Positions 29,196 to 37,702 of a stretch of DNA of 64,000 nt are shown piece after piece. The notes under the pieces were generated by a model, which saw only the letters and a list, made by a program, of their open reading frames with translations, was not told the origin of the DNA and searched no databases. This stretch comes from Clostridia bacterium (lineage in GTDB: Bacteria; Bacillota; Clostridia; RUG12999), in contig JAZSKI010000049.1 of the NCBI GenBank assembly GCA_045534775.1, positions 9,254 through 73,253 on the forward strand. The letters are read 5' to 3'. How positions within the stretch are numbered: the stretch's first letter is position 1; each line of letters opens with the position of its first letter. A program made the translations under genes and the position numbers.

Positions 29196-29330
29196 ATATG
29201 TCCAGTGAAGTTTTTGATTCTCAAAAGTGAAGTTAAGTTTGCCACTTCACCGCCAGGTGAAACTTCACTATCGCAAGATATCTTCACTTGCCCACAAGGG
29301 CAAACTTAGTTAATAATTTCATCTCCAATG
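29196..29330 (-). promoter_or_regulatory. structured 5' leader with five GTGAAG/CTTCAC repeats forming mutually exclusive hairpins (attenuator-like)
   Basis: AGTGAAG at 29204 and 29226. Its reverse complement ACTTCAC occurs at 29254, 29272 and 29282. One hairpin is 29227-29233/29254-29260, a 7-bp stem followed by UUUU on the minus strand. A second is ttgccc-acaa-gggcaa at 29288-29303. Confidence 0.4.
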
Positions 29331-29335
29331 AAATT

Positions 29336-29364
29336 ATTATATCATATTAAGCAAAAATTGTCAA
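29336..29364 (-). promoter_or_regulatory. perfect consensus sigma-A promoter TTGACA-17-TATAAT (minus strand)
   Basis: The reverse complement reads TTGACAatttttgcttaatatgaTATAAT. It drives the leader and the four-helix-bundle operon. Confidence 0.55.
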
Positions 29365-29395
29365 GAAAATTGTATTTAAATCCCATTTTGCATAC

Positions 29396-29424
29396 TTGAC
29401 ATATTTTACCGCAAGGTATATAAT
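29396..29424 (+). promoter_or_regulatory. perfect consensus sigma-A promoter TTGACA-17-TATAAT (plus strand)
   Basis: TTGACA at 29396-29401, TATAAT at 29419-29424. RBS AAGGTGAGG. TTG start at 29459. Confidence 0.6.
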
Positions 29425-29458
29425 ATATATGTGAATAAATCGAAGGTGAGGGATAAAA

Positions 29459-30403
29459 TTGAAGCTTTCTCTGATTGTTCCCTGCTACAACGAGCAGGAT
29501 AATGTTGATAAGCTCCTTGAAGCTTGCAATAATGCTTTTTTAAATAGAATAGAAGATTTTGAAATAGTCTTTGTGAACGACGGCAGTATTGACGATACCC
29601 GAAACCGACTCAGAGCCATTTTTGCCGACAATAATAATATAAAAGTAATAAATCTGTCGAGGAATTTCGGCAAGGATTCTGCCATATATGCCGGTCTTTC
29701 CCACGCCTGCGGCGATTATGTATCCATAATTGACGCCGATTTACAGCAAAGTCCTGAGATTGTAGTCGAAATGGTGGATTTTCTGGACAAGAACCCCGAT
29801 TATGACTGTATTGCCGCCTATCAGGATAAACGAATTGAAGGCAAAACTATGAGCTTTATGAAAAAGCTTTTCTACAAGCTCATTAACCACGTCTGTGAGA
29901 TACCCTTTAAATCAGGTGCCAGCGATTTTCGCACCTTCAGGAAAGCTATGGCTGACAGTATACTTCTGCTGAAGGAATATCACAGATTTTCAAAAGGAAT
30001 CTTCTCGTGGGTAGGCTTTAACACCTATTATATGCCTTACCGCGTGCAGGAACGCCACGCAGGCAAAACCGCCTGGAATTTCAGAAAGCTTCTGAAATAC
30101 GCCTGGAACGGGTTTGTCTCCTTCACCACCTTCCCTCTGAAGCTTGCTACGATAATGGGCGGCATCTGTGCTTTTTGTGCTTTGGTTTACACCGTTGTTG
30201 TAATTATTCAAAAGCTCTGTTTCGGTATAAATGTCCCGGGCTTCCCCACCATCGTGGTGTTGATTTTGCTTATCGGCGGTCTCCAGCTCATAACCTTAGG
30301 CATAATCGGTGAATATATTGCTCATATATATATCGAAGGTAAGCATAGACCTATCTATATCATAAAGGAATATTTAACCTATGACGAGGTGTCTGAAAAA
30401 TGA
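29459..30403 (+). CDS. family 2 glycosyltransferase, polyprenyl-phosphate sugar transferase (GtrB/DPM1-like) with two C-terminal TM helices
   Basis: 314 aa with LIVPCYNE, VNDGSID and the DxD motif IDADLQ, plus C-terminal TM helices. Confidence 0.85.
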   Translation: MKLSLIVPCYNEQDNVDKLLEACNNAFLNRIEDFEIVFVNDGSIDDTRNRLRAIFADNNNIKVINLSRNFGKDSAIYAGLSHACGDYVSIIDADLQQSPEIVVEMVDFLDKNPDYDCIAAYQDKRIEGKTMSFMKKLFYKLINHVCEIPFKSGASDFRTFRKAMADSILLLKEYHRFSKGIFSWVGFNTYYMPYRVQERHAGKTAWNFRKLLKYAWNGFVSFTTFPLKLATIMGGICAFCALVYTVVVIIQKLCFGINVPGFPTIVVLILLIGGLQLITLGIIGEYIAHIYIEGKHRPIYIIKEYLTYDEVSEK

Positions 30404-31704
30404 AGATAAACCAATCAAAAAACACTTTTTACATTATAAGCGGATTAATGTTTCTGCTTATGCTTTTATGTAATTTTCTGACAGGAAAATATTGTGACGA
30501 TTTCGCCTATTGCTACAGCTTTGCCACTAAAGAACGAATCGACAGCCTTTTTGATATTTTTCCATCCATCTACGCTCACGGAAACATTATGAACGGCAGA
30601 GCCGTTGCTCATTTTTTTGCACAGCTTTTTCTGATGCTTCCTCCCGCAATATTCAAAATAATCAATTCAGGTATGTTTGTACTGCAGATAATTTTAATAT
30701 ATTTTATTGCCAAACCCGAAAAAGAGCATAACAACCTGATTTTTATGGGTGTCTTCGGTGCGGTGTGGTGCTTTGAACCTGCTTTCGGTCAGGTTAACCT
30801 CTGGCTTGACGGTGCCTGCAATTATTTATGGAGTATAGTTTTCGGGCTTATATTTATCTATCCTTTTATAAATTTATTTCTCTATGACAGAAAAATAAAA
30901 AACAAGCTTATAAAGGTGCTTTTCGTATTTACAGGCTTCATTGCCGGCGCGTATCTTGAAAATGCCTCCGCCGCCATAATTTTTGCGGCAATTCTCCTGC
31001 TTATATTGACAAAATTCCATAAAAAATACAAACTACCCATCTGCAGCATCCTTTCCGCAGTCGCTTCAATCACAGGCTACGCCACTATGCTTATGGCTCC
31101 CGGAACCGCTAAAAACAAAGCTGCCGAGCTTACTCTCCAAACTCTTAGAGTGAATTTTATGACTGCCCTTGAAATGATGAATGAATTTCGTCCCCTTTTA
31201 ATTGCTTTTACGGTATTGCTCGTCATAGCCGTTGCAATAAAAGCCGATAAAGATAAAATCCTGCTTTCGTCAGTTTTTGCATTAACCTCGGTTTGTGCTA
31301 ATTTTATTCTGACGGTTGCCAGCTATTATCCTGAGCGTTGCGCCTTTTGCAGTGCAGTATTCCTGACAGTTGCCGTTGCAATTTTAACGGCACAGCTCTT
31401 TAAAACCGAGTACAAAATACCCGTTACCGCTATGGTATGGGTTATGCTTCTTATAACAAGCTATAATCTGATGCTCGGTATAAATGACATATATGCCACA
31501 GAAAAACAACGCCGCGCAGGCGAGGAATATATTATGCTGTGCAAATCGCAAGGCATAACAGAGGTTGAACTGCCTTTAATTCAGGCAACAACCAAATACA
31601 GTCCCGCCTACGAAATTAAATATCTCGATACCGAGGACCCTACTACCTGGCCTAATTACAGTATGGCAAAATTTTACGAAATTACATCAATTATAGGTCG
31701 TTAA
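30400..31704 (+). CDS. polytopic membrane protein, probable GT-C-type glycosyltransferase partner (GtrC-like)
   Basis: 434 aa with more than 10 TM segments. The 4-nt ATGA overlap with the GT2 gene indicates translational coupling. Confidence 0.5.
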   Translation: MKINQSKNTFYIISGLMFLLMLLCNFLTGKYCDDFAYCYSFATKERIDSLFDIFPSIYAHGNIMNGRAVAHFFAQLFLMLPPAIFKIINSGMFVLQIILIYFIAKPEKEHNNLIFMGVFGAVWCFEPAFGQVNLWLDGACNYLWSIVFGLIFIYPFINLFLYDRKIKNKLIKVLFVFTGFIAGAYLENASAAIIFAAILLLILTKFHKKYKLPICSILSAVASITGYATMLMAPGTAKNKAAELTLQTLRVNFMTALEMMNEFRPLLIAFTVLLVIAVAIKADKDKILLSSVFALTSVCANFILTVASYYPERCAFCSAVFLTVAVAILTAQLFKTEYKIPVTAMVWVMLLITSYNLMLGINDIYATEKQRRAGEEYIMLCKSQGITEVELPLIQATTKYSPAYEIKYLDTEDPTTWPNYSMAKFYEITSIIGR

Positions 31705-31746
31705 ATTATCAGATTATTAAAAATTTCATTTTTTTTTAAAAAACTA

Positions 31747-31775
31747 TTGATTTTTTAAAAAAACTGTGATATAAT
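31747..31775 (+). promoter_or_regulatory. sigma-A promoter TTGATT-17-TGaTATAAT for rpsT
   Basis: TTGATT at 31747-31752, TATAAT at 31770-31775, extended -10 TG at 31767-31768. Confidence 0.55.
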
Positions 31776-31810
31776 TATCAATATATATTCTTATTTGCGA
31801 GGTGAAATCA

Positions 31811-32074
31811 ATGCCTAACATTAAATCAGCTAAAAAAAGAGTAAAAGTTATTCGCACAAAAACTCTTAACAATCAGATGGCAAAATCTGCTCTTAAGACA
31901 TCTATTAAAAGATTTGAAGCCGCTGCAGTTGCAGGTGACAAGGCTACGGCAGAAACAAGCTACAGATTGGCTGTAAAGAAAATTGACCAGGCTGTGGCAA
32001 AAGGTATTTTGCATCAGAATACAGCAGCGCGCAAGAAGTCAAAACTTACATTGGTATTAAATAAAGTAGGTTAA
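31811..32074 (+). CDS. rpsT: 30S ribosomal protein S20
   Basis: MPNIKSAKKRVKVIRTKTLNN... with RBS GAGGTGA 8 nt upstream. Confidence 0.9.
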   Translation: MPNIKSAKKRVKVIRTKTLNNQMAKSALKTSIKRFEAAAVAGDKATAETSYRLAVKKIDQAVAKGILHQNTAARKKSKLTLVLNKVG

Positions 32075-32090
32075 TTTTGCATTTTTAATA

Positions 32091-32126
32091 CACGCAGTGC
32101 ATCAGCACTGCGTGGTTAATTTGGTT
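32091..32126 (+). terminator. hairpin downstream of rpsT (weak T tract)
   Basis: CACGCAGTGCatcaGCACTGCGTG followed by gttaatttggtt. Confidence 0.4.
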
Positions 32127-32143
32127 AATTGAATAATTACAGG

Positions 32144-32172
32144 AAAGATTACCGTTTGAAGTAATCTTTTTT
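32144..32172 (+). terminator. rho-independent terminator
   Basis: GATTACcgtttgaaGTAATC followed by TTTTTTT. Confidence 0.5.
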
Positions 32173-32179
32173 TCTGCCC

Positions 32180-32226
32180 AAAAACCGTAAAAGAGTCCGC
32201 ATAAATTCACGCGAACTCTTTTACGG
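32180..32226 (-). terminator. rho-independent terminator for the DUF378 gene (minus strand)
   Basis: 13-bp stem accgtaaaagagt/actcttttacggt, followed on the minus strand by TTTTTGGG. Confidence 0.5.
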
Positions 32227-32228
32227 TT

Positions 32229-32438
32229 TCATCTGTTTTCGTCTGAAACGAATTTCTTATCTTTGAATAATATGGTAATTGACCACAATCCCGCAAGGGC
32301 AACAACAGTATAAATTATTCTGCTGATAACCGCGAGCTGACCGCCAAAAAGCCAGCCTATGGCATCTATACCGAAAATTCCTATGCTTCCCCAATTAAGA
32401 GCGCCTACTATTACCAAAATAAGTGCCAAATTGTCCAT
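32229..32438 (-). CDS. DUF378 family small membrane protein
   Basis: 69 aa, 2 TM, family-typical LNWGSIG...GWLFGG. RBS GGAGG. Confidence 0.7.
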   Translation of the reverse strand: MDNLALILVIVGALNWGSIGIFGIDAIGWLFGGQLAVISRIIYTVVALAGLWSITILFKDKKFVSDENR

Positions 32439-32456
32439 TTTTATTTGCCTCCAAAC

Positions 32457-32493
32457 AGTAAATGCAGAGCAAATTTAATGCTCTGCATTTACT
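32457..32493. promoter_or_regulatory. perfect 14-bp-arm palindrome immediately upstream of the DUF378 RBS (operator or 5'-UTR hairpin)
   Basis: AGTAAATGCAGAGC-aaatttaat-GCTCTGCATTTACT. It lies between a TGTATAAT extended -10 element (minus strand, about 32506-32513) and the GGAGG RBS. Confidence 0.35.
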
Positions 32494-32602
32494 ATTTGTA
32501 TATTTACCTGAAATTATACATAATAAAACCCGCAATGCCGTAAAATGAGTTCACCAAAACCTGCCTCAGCAGGTGGGTATTTCCTGATTGCTTTATAAGT
32601 CC

Positions 32603-32632
32603 CCTGGCGTATCCGAAGATACGGGGGCATTT
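32603..32632 (-). other. stable stem-loop with UUCG tetraloop (minus-strand RNA) within a structured intergenic region
   Basis: Minus strand reads gCCCCCGUAUC-UUCG-GAUACGccaGGGG. A further hairpin CCUGC-ugag-GCAGG flanks it. Confidence 0.3.
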
Positions 32633-32782
32633 ACGCCACATTCAGAGAGCCAATTCCCTTATAAAAAATGTTGGTTTAGGTAATACTGTATTCACGAACA
32701 TTGCAGGCAATTTAAACTGCTCTATCAATACTTATTGTATCATATTCCGAAGAAAATATCAATAGTTTCGCAATAAAAATTT

Positions 32783-33088
32783 TTATTCTTCCTCGAAGTC
32801 ATATACGTCTTTGTTGTTTTCTTTGAAAATTCCATAGACATTGTCTAATAAAATCTCATCAACAACTGTTACAAGGGAATCATCGTCTTCGGTTTCTCCC
32901 AATTCCAGCTTCATGATTACAACTCCGCTGTCCTCGTCCTCTACAGGTACCATTACGAAATAGCAATCGCCTTCATAATCCACCTTATCGAGGATTTCAA
33001 AATCAACCTCGTTACCGTCTTCATCTACCAGGGTGTAAGGACCGTCATCCTCTTCTTCAATATTTATGTTTTCTCTTTCATCTGCCAT
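32783..33088 (-). CDS. DUF1292 family acidic protein (YrzB-like)
   Basis: 101 aa, very acidic. Family motif ...DEDGNEVDFEILD...YFVMVPVED... It lies downstream of ruvX, as in Bacillus yrrK-yrzB. Confidence 0.7.
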   Translation of the reverse strand: MADERENINIEEEDDGPYTLVDEDGNEVDFEILDKVDYEGDCYFVMVPVEDEDSGVVIMKLELGETEDDDSLVTVVDEILLDNVYGIFKENNKDVYDFEEE

Positions 33089-33116
33089 TTTTCTTTTCCT
33101 GCCTTTCTTTTAAAAT

Positions 33117-33524
33117 TTATTTATCTAAATATGCTTGCAACAAAATCACGGCAGATACTGTATCTACTACGTTTCTGCGTTTTCTGCTGCCTGACATATC
33201 TACATCGTTAAGTATTCTGTGAGCCTCTACGGTGGAGAGCCTTTCGTCAATGAATTCATACTCTTTTCCCGACATTGCCGACAGTTTTTCGGCAAATTCT
33301 CTCGCAAGCTGTGCCGATTCGCCTTCCGTACCGTCCATATTCTTCGGCAAACCCATTAATATTTTATCCACTTTTTCCGAAGATATAATCTCATTTACCT
33401 TTTCAAGCTGTATTCTGAAATTTTTTTCGTGGACGGTAGCATAGGGCGTGGCAAGTATTCCGAGGGCATCGCTTATTGCACAGCCTATCCTTGCTTTACC
33501 GTAATCCAGGCATAAAATCTTCAT
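33117..33524 (-). CDS. ruvX: Holliday junction resolvase-like protein RuvX/YqgF
   Basis: MKILCLDYGKARIGCAISD... RNase H-like. RBS AAGGAG 6 nt upstream of ATG 33524. The ORF track starts at 33545, which would overlap the upstream gene. Confidence 0.85.
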   Translation of the reverse strand: MKILCLDYGKARIGCAISDALGILATPYATVHEKNFRIQLEKVNEIISSEKVDKILMGLPKNMDGTEGESAQLAREFAEKLSAMSGKEYEFIDERLSTVEAHRILNDVDMSGSRKRRNVVDTVSAVILLQAYLDK

Positions 33525-33534
33525 ATAAATCTCC

Positions 33535-35745
33535 TTATTGTTCAATGATATTTATGGCTATTTCAGCAGATTTTTCGGATTTCTGTTTAAACTTTTCTGC
33601 CGATGCTTTAAGCTCTTCCCGGATAGTATCTCCGTTTTCAAAGGCTTTATCAATCATCATCTTATAATCTCCGCCCGTCATAGCGCGAGGGTCGAGAAAA
33701 TACGGTTGATTAATATATTTCAGGAAATTACTTACCTTCGGATCGTATGCAATTCCCACAGGCGGTACTCCGTAAAGAGTGGCGTAAATCAGCATATGCA
33801 ATCTTACAGATACTACCATACTGCTTTTTGCTACTATTCCGAGAGTTTCGGGGATACCGACTCTCCTGCTTATAAAGATGCCTTTGTTTTTCATTTTAGC
33901 TACAATGCTTCTGCTTATTGACGCATCATAAGGATATTGCATAGGTATAAATACGGGTCTGAGCTTGTAGTTGTCGTAAATGTAGTCCGCCATTTCTGCA
34001 CATCTCGTATCAAAATCCTCGGGACATTTATCCCATTTGCGAACAGATATGCAGACGAATTTTTCTTCCTCGCCCAAGCCGTATTGTGCGAGTAGCTTTC
34101 CCGCGTTTTCGGTATTATCCTCACTTATGCTGAAAACAGGGTCTGCCGTCACCTCGCAGGTCGGCGTTCTGACTCCTAAGGCTCTTAACTCCTCTAAGGA
34201 GTCGTCATCACGCAAAGTTATATAATCCACCCGATTAATAACTCTTTTAACTCTTCTGCGATTTAACTTTTTGTTTATGGGCCCGATACCGTTAGCATAG
34301 AGCACAACCTTGCAACCGTATTTTTTAGCTTTTGCTGTTATAAAGAGATAATATAAAAGAGATTTTGTGCTTGTTACGTCCTGAATCAGGCTTCCGCCGC
34401 CCAGGATAAACAGTTTGGAATTTTTTATCTCTTTAAATACCTTTATAATATCGTATCTGTGTGTGGCACGAACGCCGTACATCTCCGAGGTTTCCTTGGG
34501 GTTGAAGGACATCACATTTATTGAAATATCCTTTTTCAGTTTGCGGAGTGAATGAACTATCGCATATAAAAGGGCATCGTCGCCGCTGTTTTTATATCCG
34601 TAATATCCCAGAACGGTAACGTCGTTTTTACCGTTTCGGGTGCCGCGGCGATACAGCTCTAAATTATCTTCTGTCATTCTTTCCAGCGAATAGTGACACA
34701 TTACTATGTTTCTGTTGTATCTGCCCATTTCATAGAGCAGGCTGTCATCCGATTCAAGGATAGTTATCAAATCATTTTTGAGTATTTCGCTGTCAACAGG
34801 CAGACAGCCGCGGCAGGTGAAATTATTATTCCTTGCCACGTCAACATTCTCGCGCGTTAATATGCCGATATAGCCTTCAACTCCCGCCACTATTACAGGC
34901 TTTGCCATAGACATAGATTCAAGGATTGCACGGGCTACACCTACGCAAACGGCAGCAGAAGATAAGAGGCGGTTTACATCTATCCTCGCTCCCGTCATAA
35001 CGACGGCACGTCTGCCGAGATTTTTGTTAATCTGCGTTGCTCTTGCTTTTAAGGTTTTGGCAATGTTTCCTTCGCCTATTATCATCAGTTCAATATCGGG
35101 GATTTTCATTGCTATATCCTCAAAAACATCTAACAGCTTTATAAGCGGGAGGCACACATCATCGTTGAGTCTGCTCATATAGACTATTCTTTTTGCACCG
35201 GGTTGAAGCCCGAATTCTTCACAGATGTCATCATATCTGTTGTCGGGAGAAAATTTTTCCACATCCACGCCGTTAGTGCTGACTATAATATTTTCAGGGC
35301 TGACCTTATAGTTTTTCATCAGATATTTTTTTATATCCTCGCTGACAGCAAGACTGTAATCTCCCCAATTTGTCAGAAATTTCAAGCCCTTTGCCGTGAC
35401 GTATGTTCCGTGGGTTGAGGTCACGAAATTAAATTTAACGGTTTTCCTGATAAGCCCGCATATAAATCCCGGGATGCGGGCATGGGCGTGAACTATATCG
35501 GGTTTTTCTGTTTTTATTATCTCTTTAAGGATACCGTAAGCCTTTGCCATACATCTCAGGTCGCGCTTGCTTAAGGGAGCTTTATAGTGCTTTATACCGC
35601 ATTTTTCTACCTCAGGCAGATATGCTCCCCCATCGGATACCATAATTATATCGTGACCCTTTCGTTTAAGCTGTTTCGACAGCTCTACCACGTGGGTTTC
35701 GGCTCCTCCGATATCAAGTCCCATAAGTGTCATCAGTATTTTCAT
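33535..35745 (-). CDS. fusion protein: N-terminal GT4/GT-B glycosyltransferase + C-terminal polysaccharide pyruvyl transferase (CsaB-like)
   Basis: N-terminal MKILMTLMGLDIGGAETHVVELSKQL (GT4). The C-terminal half carries GYYGYKNSGDDALLYAIVHSL..., the PS_pyruv_trans/CsaB signature. Confidence 0.75.
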   Translation of the reverse strand: MKILMTLMGLDIGGAETHVVELSKQLKRKGHDIIMVSDGGAYLPEVEKCGIKHYKAPLSKRDLRCMAKAYGILKEIIKTEKPDIVHAHARIPGFICGLIRKTVKFNFVTSTHGTYVTAKGLKFLTNWGDYSLAVSEDIKKYLMKNYKVSPENIIVSTNGVDVEKFSPDNRYDDICEEFGLQPGAKRIVYMSRLNDDVCLPLIKLLDVFEDIAMKIPDIELMIIGEGNIAKTLKARATQINKNLGRRAVVMTGARIDVNRLLSSAAVCVGVARAILESMSMAKPVIVAGVEGYIGILTRENVDVARNNNFTCRGCLPVDSEILKNDLITILESDDSLLYEMGRYNRNIVMCHYSLERMTEDNLELYRRGTRNGKNDVTVLGYYGYKNSGDDALLYAIVHSLRKLKKDISINVMSFNPKETSEMYGVRATHRYDIIKVFKEIKNSKLFILGGGSLIQDVTSTKSLLYYLFITAKAKKYGCKVVLYANGIGPINKKLNRRRVKRVINRVDYITLRDDDSLEELRALGVRTPTCEVTADPVFSISEDNTENAGKLLAQYGLGEEEKFVCISVRKWDKCPEDFDTRCAEMADYIYDNYKLRPVFIPMQYPYDASISRSIVAKMKNKGIFISRRVGIPETLGIVAKSSMVVSVRLHMLIYATLYGVPPVGIAYDPKVSNFLKYINQPYFLDPRAMTGGDYKMMIDKAFENGDTIREELKASAEKFKQKSEKSAEIAINIIEQ

Positions 35746-35788
35746 ACCTAACTCTCCATTCTGTCATATCAATATTTTGCCGTCTTTA

Positions 35789-37663
35789 CTAATTCTTTTT
35801 TGTTTTTTCGGGCAATATACCGTTATCGTATAAAAATAACAAATTTTTTAACTCATTAATTTTCTCCGAAAGCCTTTTCCCTATATCCGTATCTTTAACC
35901 ATAAGTCTTTTTTTGTCTTTTTGAACTATATCTCTTTGTGACATCATCTCTTCATTACTTCTGATCAGTTCATCAATATTTTCAAATTCCTCGTGTGCCG
36001 TCAGCATCAGCCCGTGGGAATCGAAGGTAAGAGTGTATCCGGCAATACCGGTTTCTTTACGGTATGTTTTTGACATTCCGCCGTCAATCAGAATCAGCTT
36101 TCCGTTTGCCTTTATCGGGCTTTCGCCCTCTTTAAGCTTGACCGGTATATGTCCGTTTATTATATGCCCTTTCCTAATCTCCATATCAAATTCCTTCAAG
36201 ATTCTGTTACATACATCAACATCATCCTGGAAGTTAAAATAGGGTTGTTTTTCTTCAATATGAGCCTTTTTATCTTTAATATACATTCTCTCAAAGGTTG
36301 TCATATTCTTTTTGCCGAACAAGGGAGATTGCGGCGAACACCACATATACCAGAAAAAGTCCGGATTTTCTCTTGTAGCATATATTTTTCTCAATTCTCT
36401 TTCGCAATAATCGAGATGTTTTTTACCCGACAGCTTCGTTCCGCCAATATCAACAACCAAAAATTTGCCGTTCTCATCCATCGGAATACATCCGTGGTAC
36501 AATAAATTATCATTATAGCATTTGTAGATAGACCCTTTGTCAAACAAATATCTTAAATGCTTTTGCATCTTTTCGCTGTTAATAAAGCTGTGTCTGAAGT
36601 TTGCCATTATTTCTTTTTCTTTATCCGTCAGCTCGGATAATTCCGGGTTTCCCGAAGCAAGCAACTCTTTAAGGTTTATATCATATCCGCACCATTTGGA
36701 ATTAGCTACATCTACCTTGTCAAGCTTTGTCTGGGCGTCCATAGAAAATTGCGGATTATTACGTATCGTCATATCCTCCAGCTTAAATCTGATGACAGAA
36801 ATAGCCTTGTACATTTTTTCTGCGCTGTTTTTTCCGCTGTAATAGCGATTGGCAAAATGCTCCAGCTTTCGCAGGCTTATACCGTAGCCTTCCTCCAGAA
36901 ATATCGTATTCCCGTATTTCATGCTGTTGGCAAGAACTACAGCAATACAGACCTCACTACCCAGCATTGCTCCCATCCAGACAATATCATGATTCCCCCA
37001 TTGTATGTCAACCGACCTGCAATTCATTATTATATCCATTACCAAATCCGGTCTTGGACCTCTGTCAAAAATATCTCCGACAATATGCAGATGGTCTATT
37101 ATAAGCTTTCTTATAAGTGCCGATATTTCTATTATAAAGTCATCTGCACTTTCTAATTCTATTATGCCACCAATAATTTCGTTGTAATATTTATTTTTGT
37201 TAATACTTTTCGTATCACAGTTTAATAATTCGTCTATTATGTAGGCATACTTTTCCGGCAAAGCCTTTCTCACCTTTGAACGGGTATATTTTGCACACGC
37301 AAGATTACAAACCTTGATTAATCTTAACAAGGTTTCCTTATACCATTCCTTGTCCCTGTCCGCTTCCTTCAGTATTCTTTCCGGATAGTAAATAAGATTA
37401 GCCAGCTTGGTTTGTTCGGTTTCTGACAGACTGCTACCGTAAGCCGCAACCACTTTTTCTTTTATTGCTCCCGATGCTGTTGTCATAACGTGCGAAAAAT
37501 GTTCATATTCTCCGTGTATATCGCTCACGAAATGTTCTGTTGCTTTCGGCAAATTCACTATAGCTCTTAAATTAATTATTTCAGATTTTACATCTTTTAT
37601 TGTCGGAAAACTCTCCGCTAAAAGCTTGTAATACTTTAATTCGTCGTGGATAACCAAGCTCAT
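35789..37663 (-). CDS. fbp: fructose-1,6-bisphosphatase class 3
   Basis: 624 aa. Metallophosphatase motifs VSDIHGE and GNHD are present. YydE-type length. Confidence 0.9.
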   Translation of the reverse strand: MSLVIHDELKYYKLLAESFPTIKDVKSEIINLRAIVNLPKATEHFVSDIHGEYEHFSHVMTTASGAIKEKVVAAYGSSLSETEQTKLANLIYYPERILKEADRDKEWYKETLLRLIKVCNLACAKYTRSKVRKALPEKYAYIIDELLNCDTKSINKNKYYNEIIGGIIELESADDFIIEISALIRKLIIDHLHIVGDIFDRGPRPDLVMDIIMNCRSVDIQWGNHDIVWMGAMLGSEVCIAVVLANSMKYGNTIFLEEGYGISLRKLEHFANRYYSGKNSAEKMYKAISVIRFKLEDMTIRNNPQFSMDAQTKLDKVDVANSKWCGYDINLKELLASGNPELSELTDKEKEIMANFRHSFINSEKMQKHLRYLFDKGSIYKCYNDNLLYHGCIPMDENGKFLVVDIGGTKLSGKKHLDYCERELRKIYATRENPDFFWYMWCSPQSPLFGKKNMTTFERMYIKDKKAHIEEKQPYFNFQDDVDVCNRILKEFDMEIRKGHIINGHIPVKLKEGESPIKANGKLILIDGGMSKTYRKETGIAGYTLTFDSHGLMLTAHEEFENIDELIRSNEEMMSQRDIVQKDKKRLMVKDTDIGKRLSEKINELKNLLFLYDNGILPEKTKKN

Positions 37664-37702
37664 ATCTCCTTTCCGTCTTATTCCTGTTTCACGGCACTAC
37701 GT

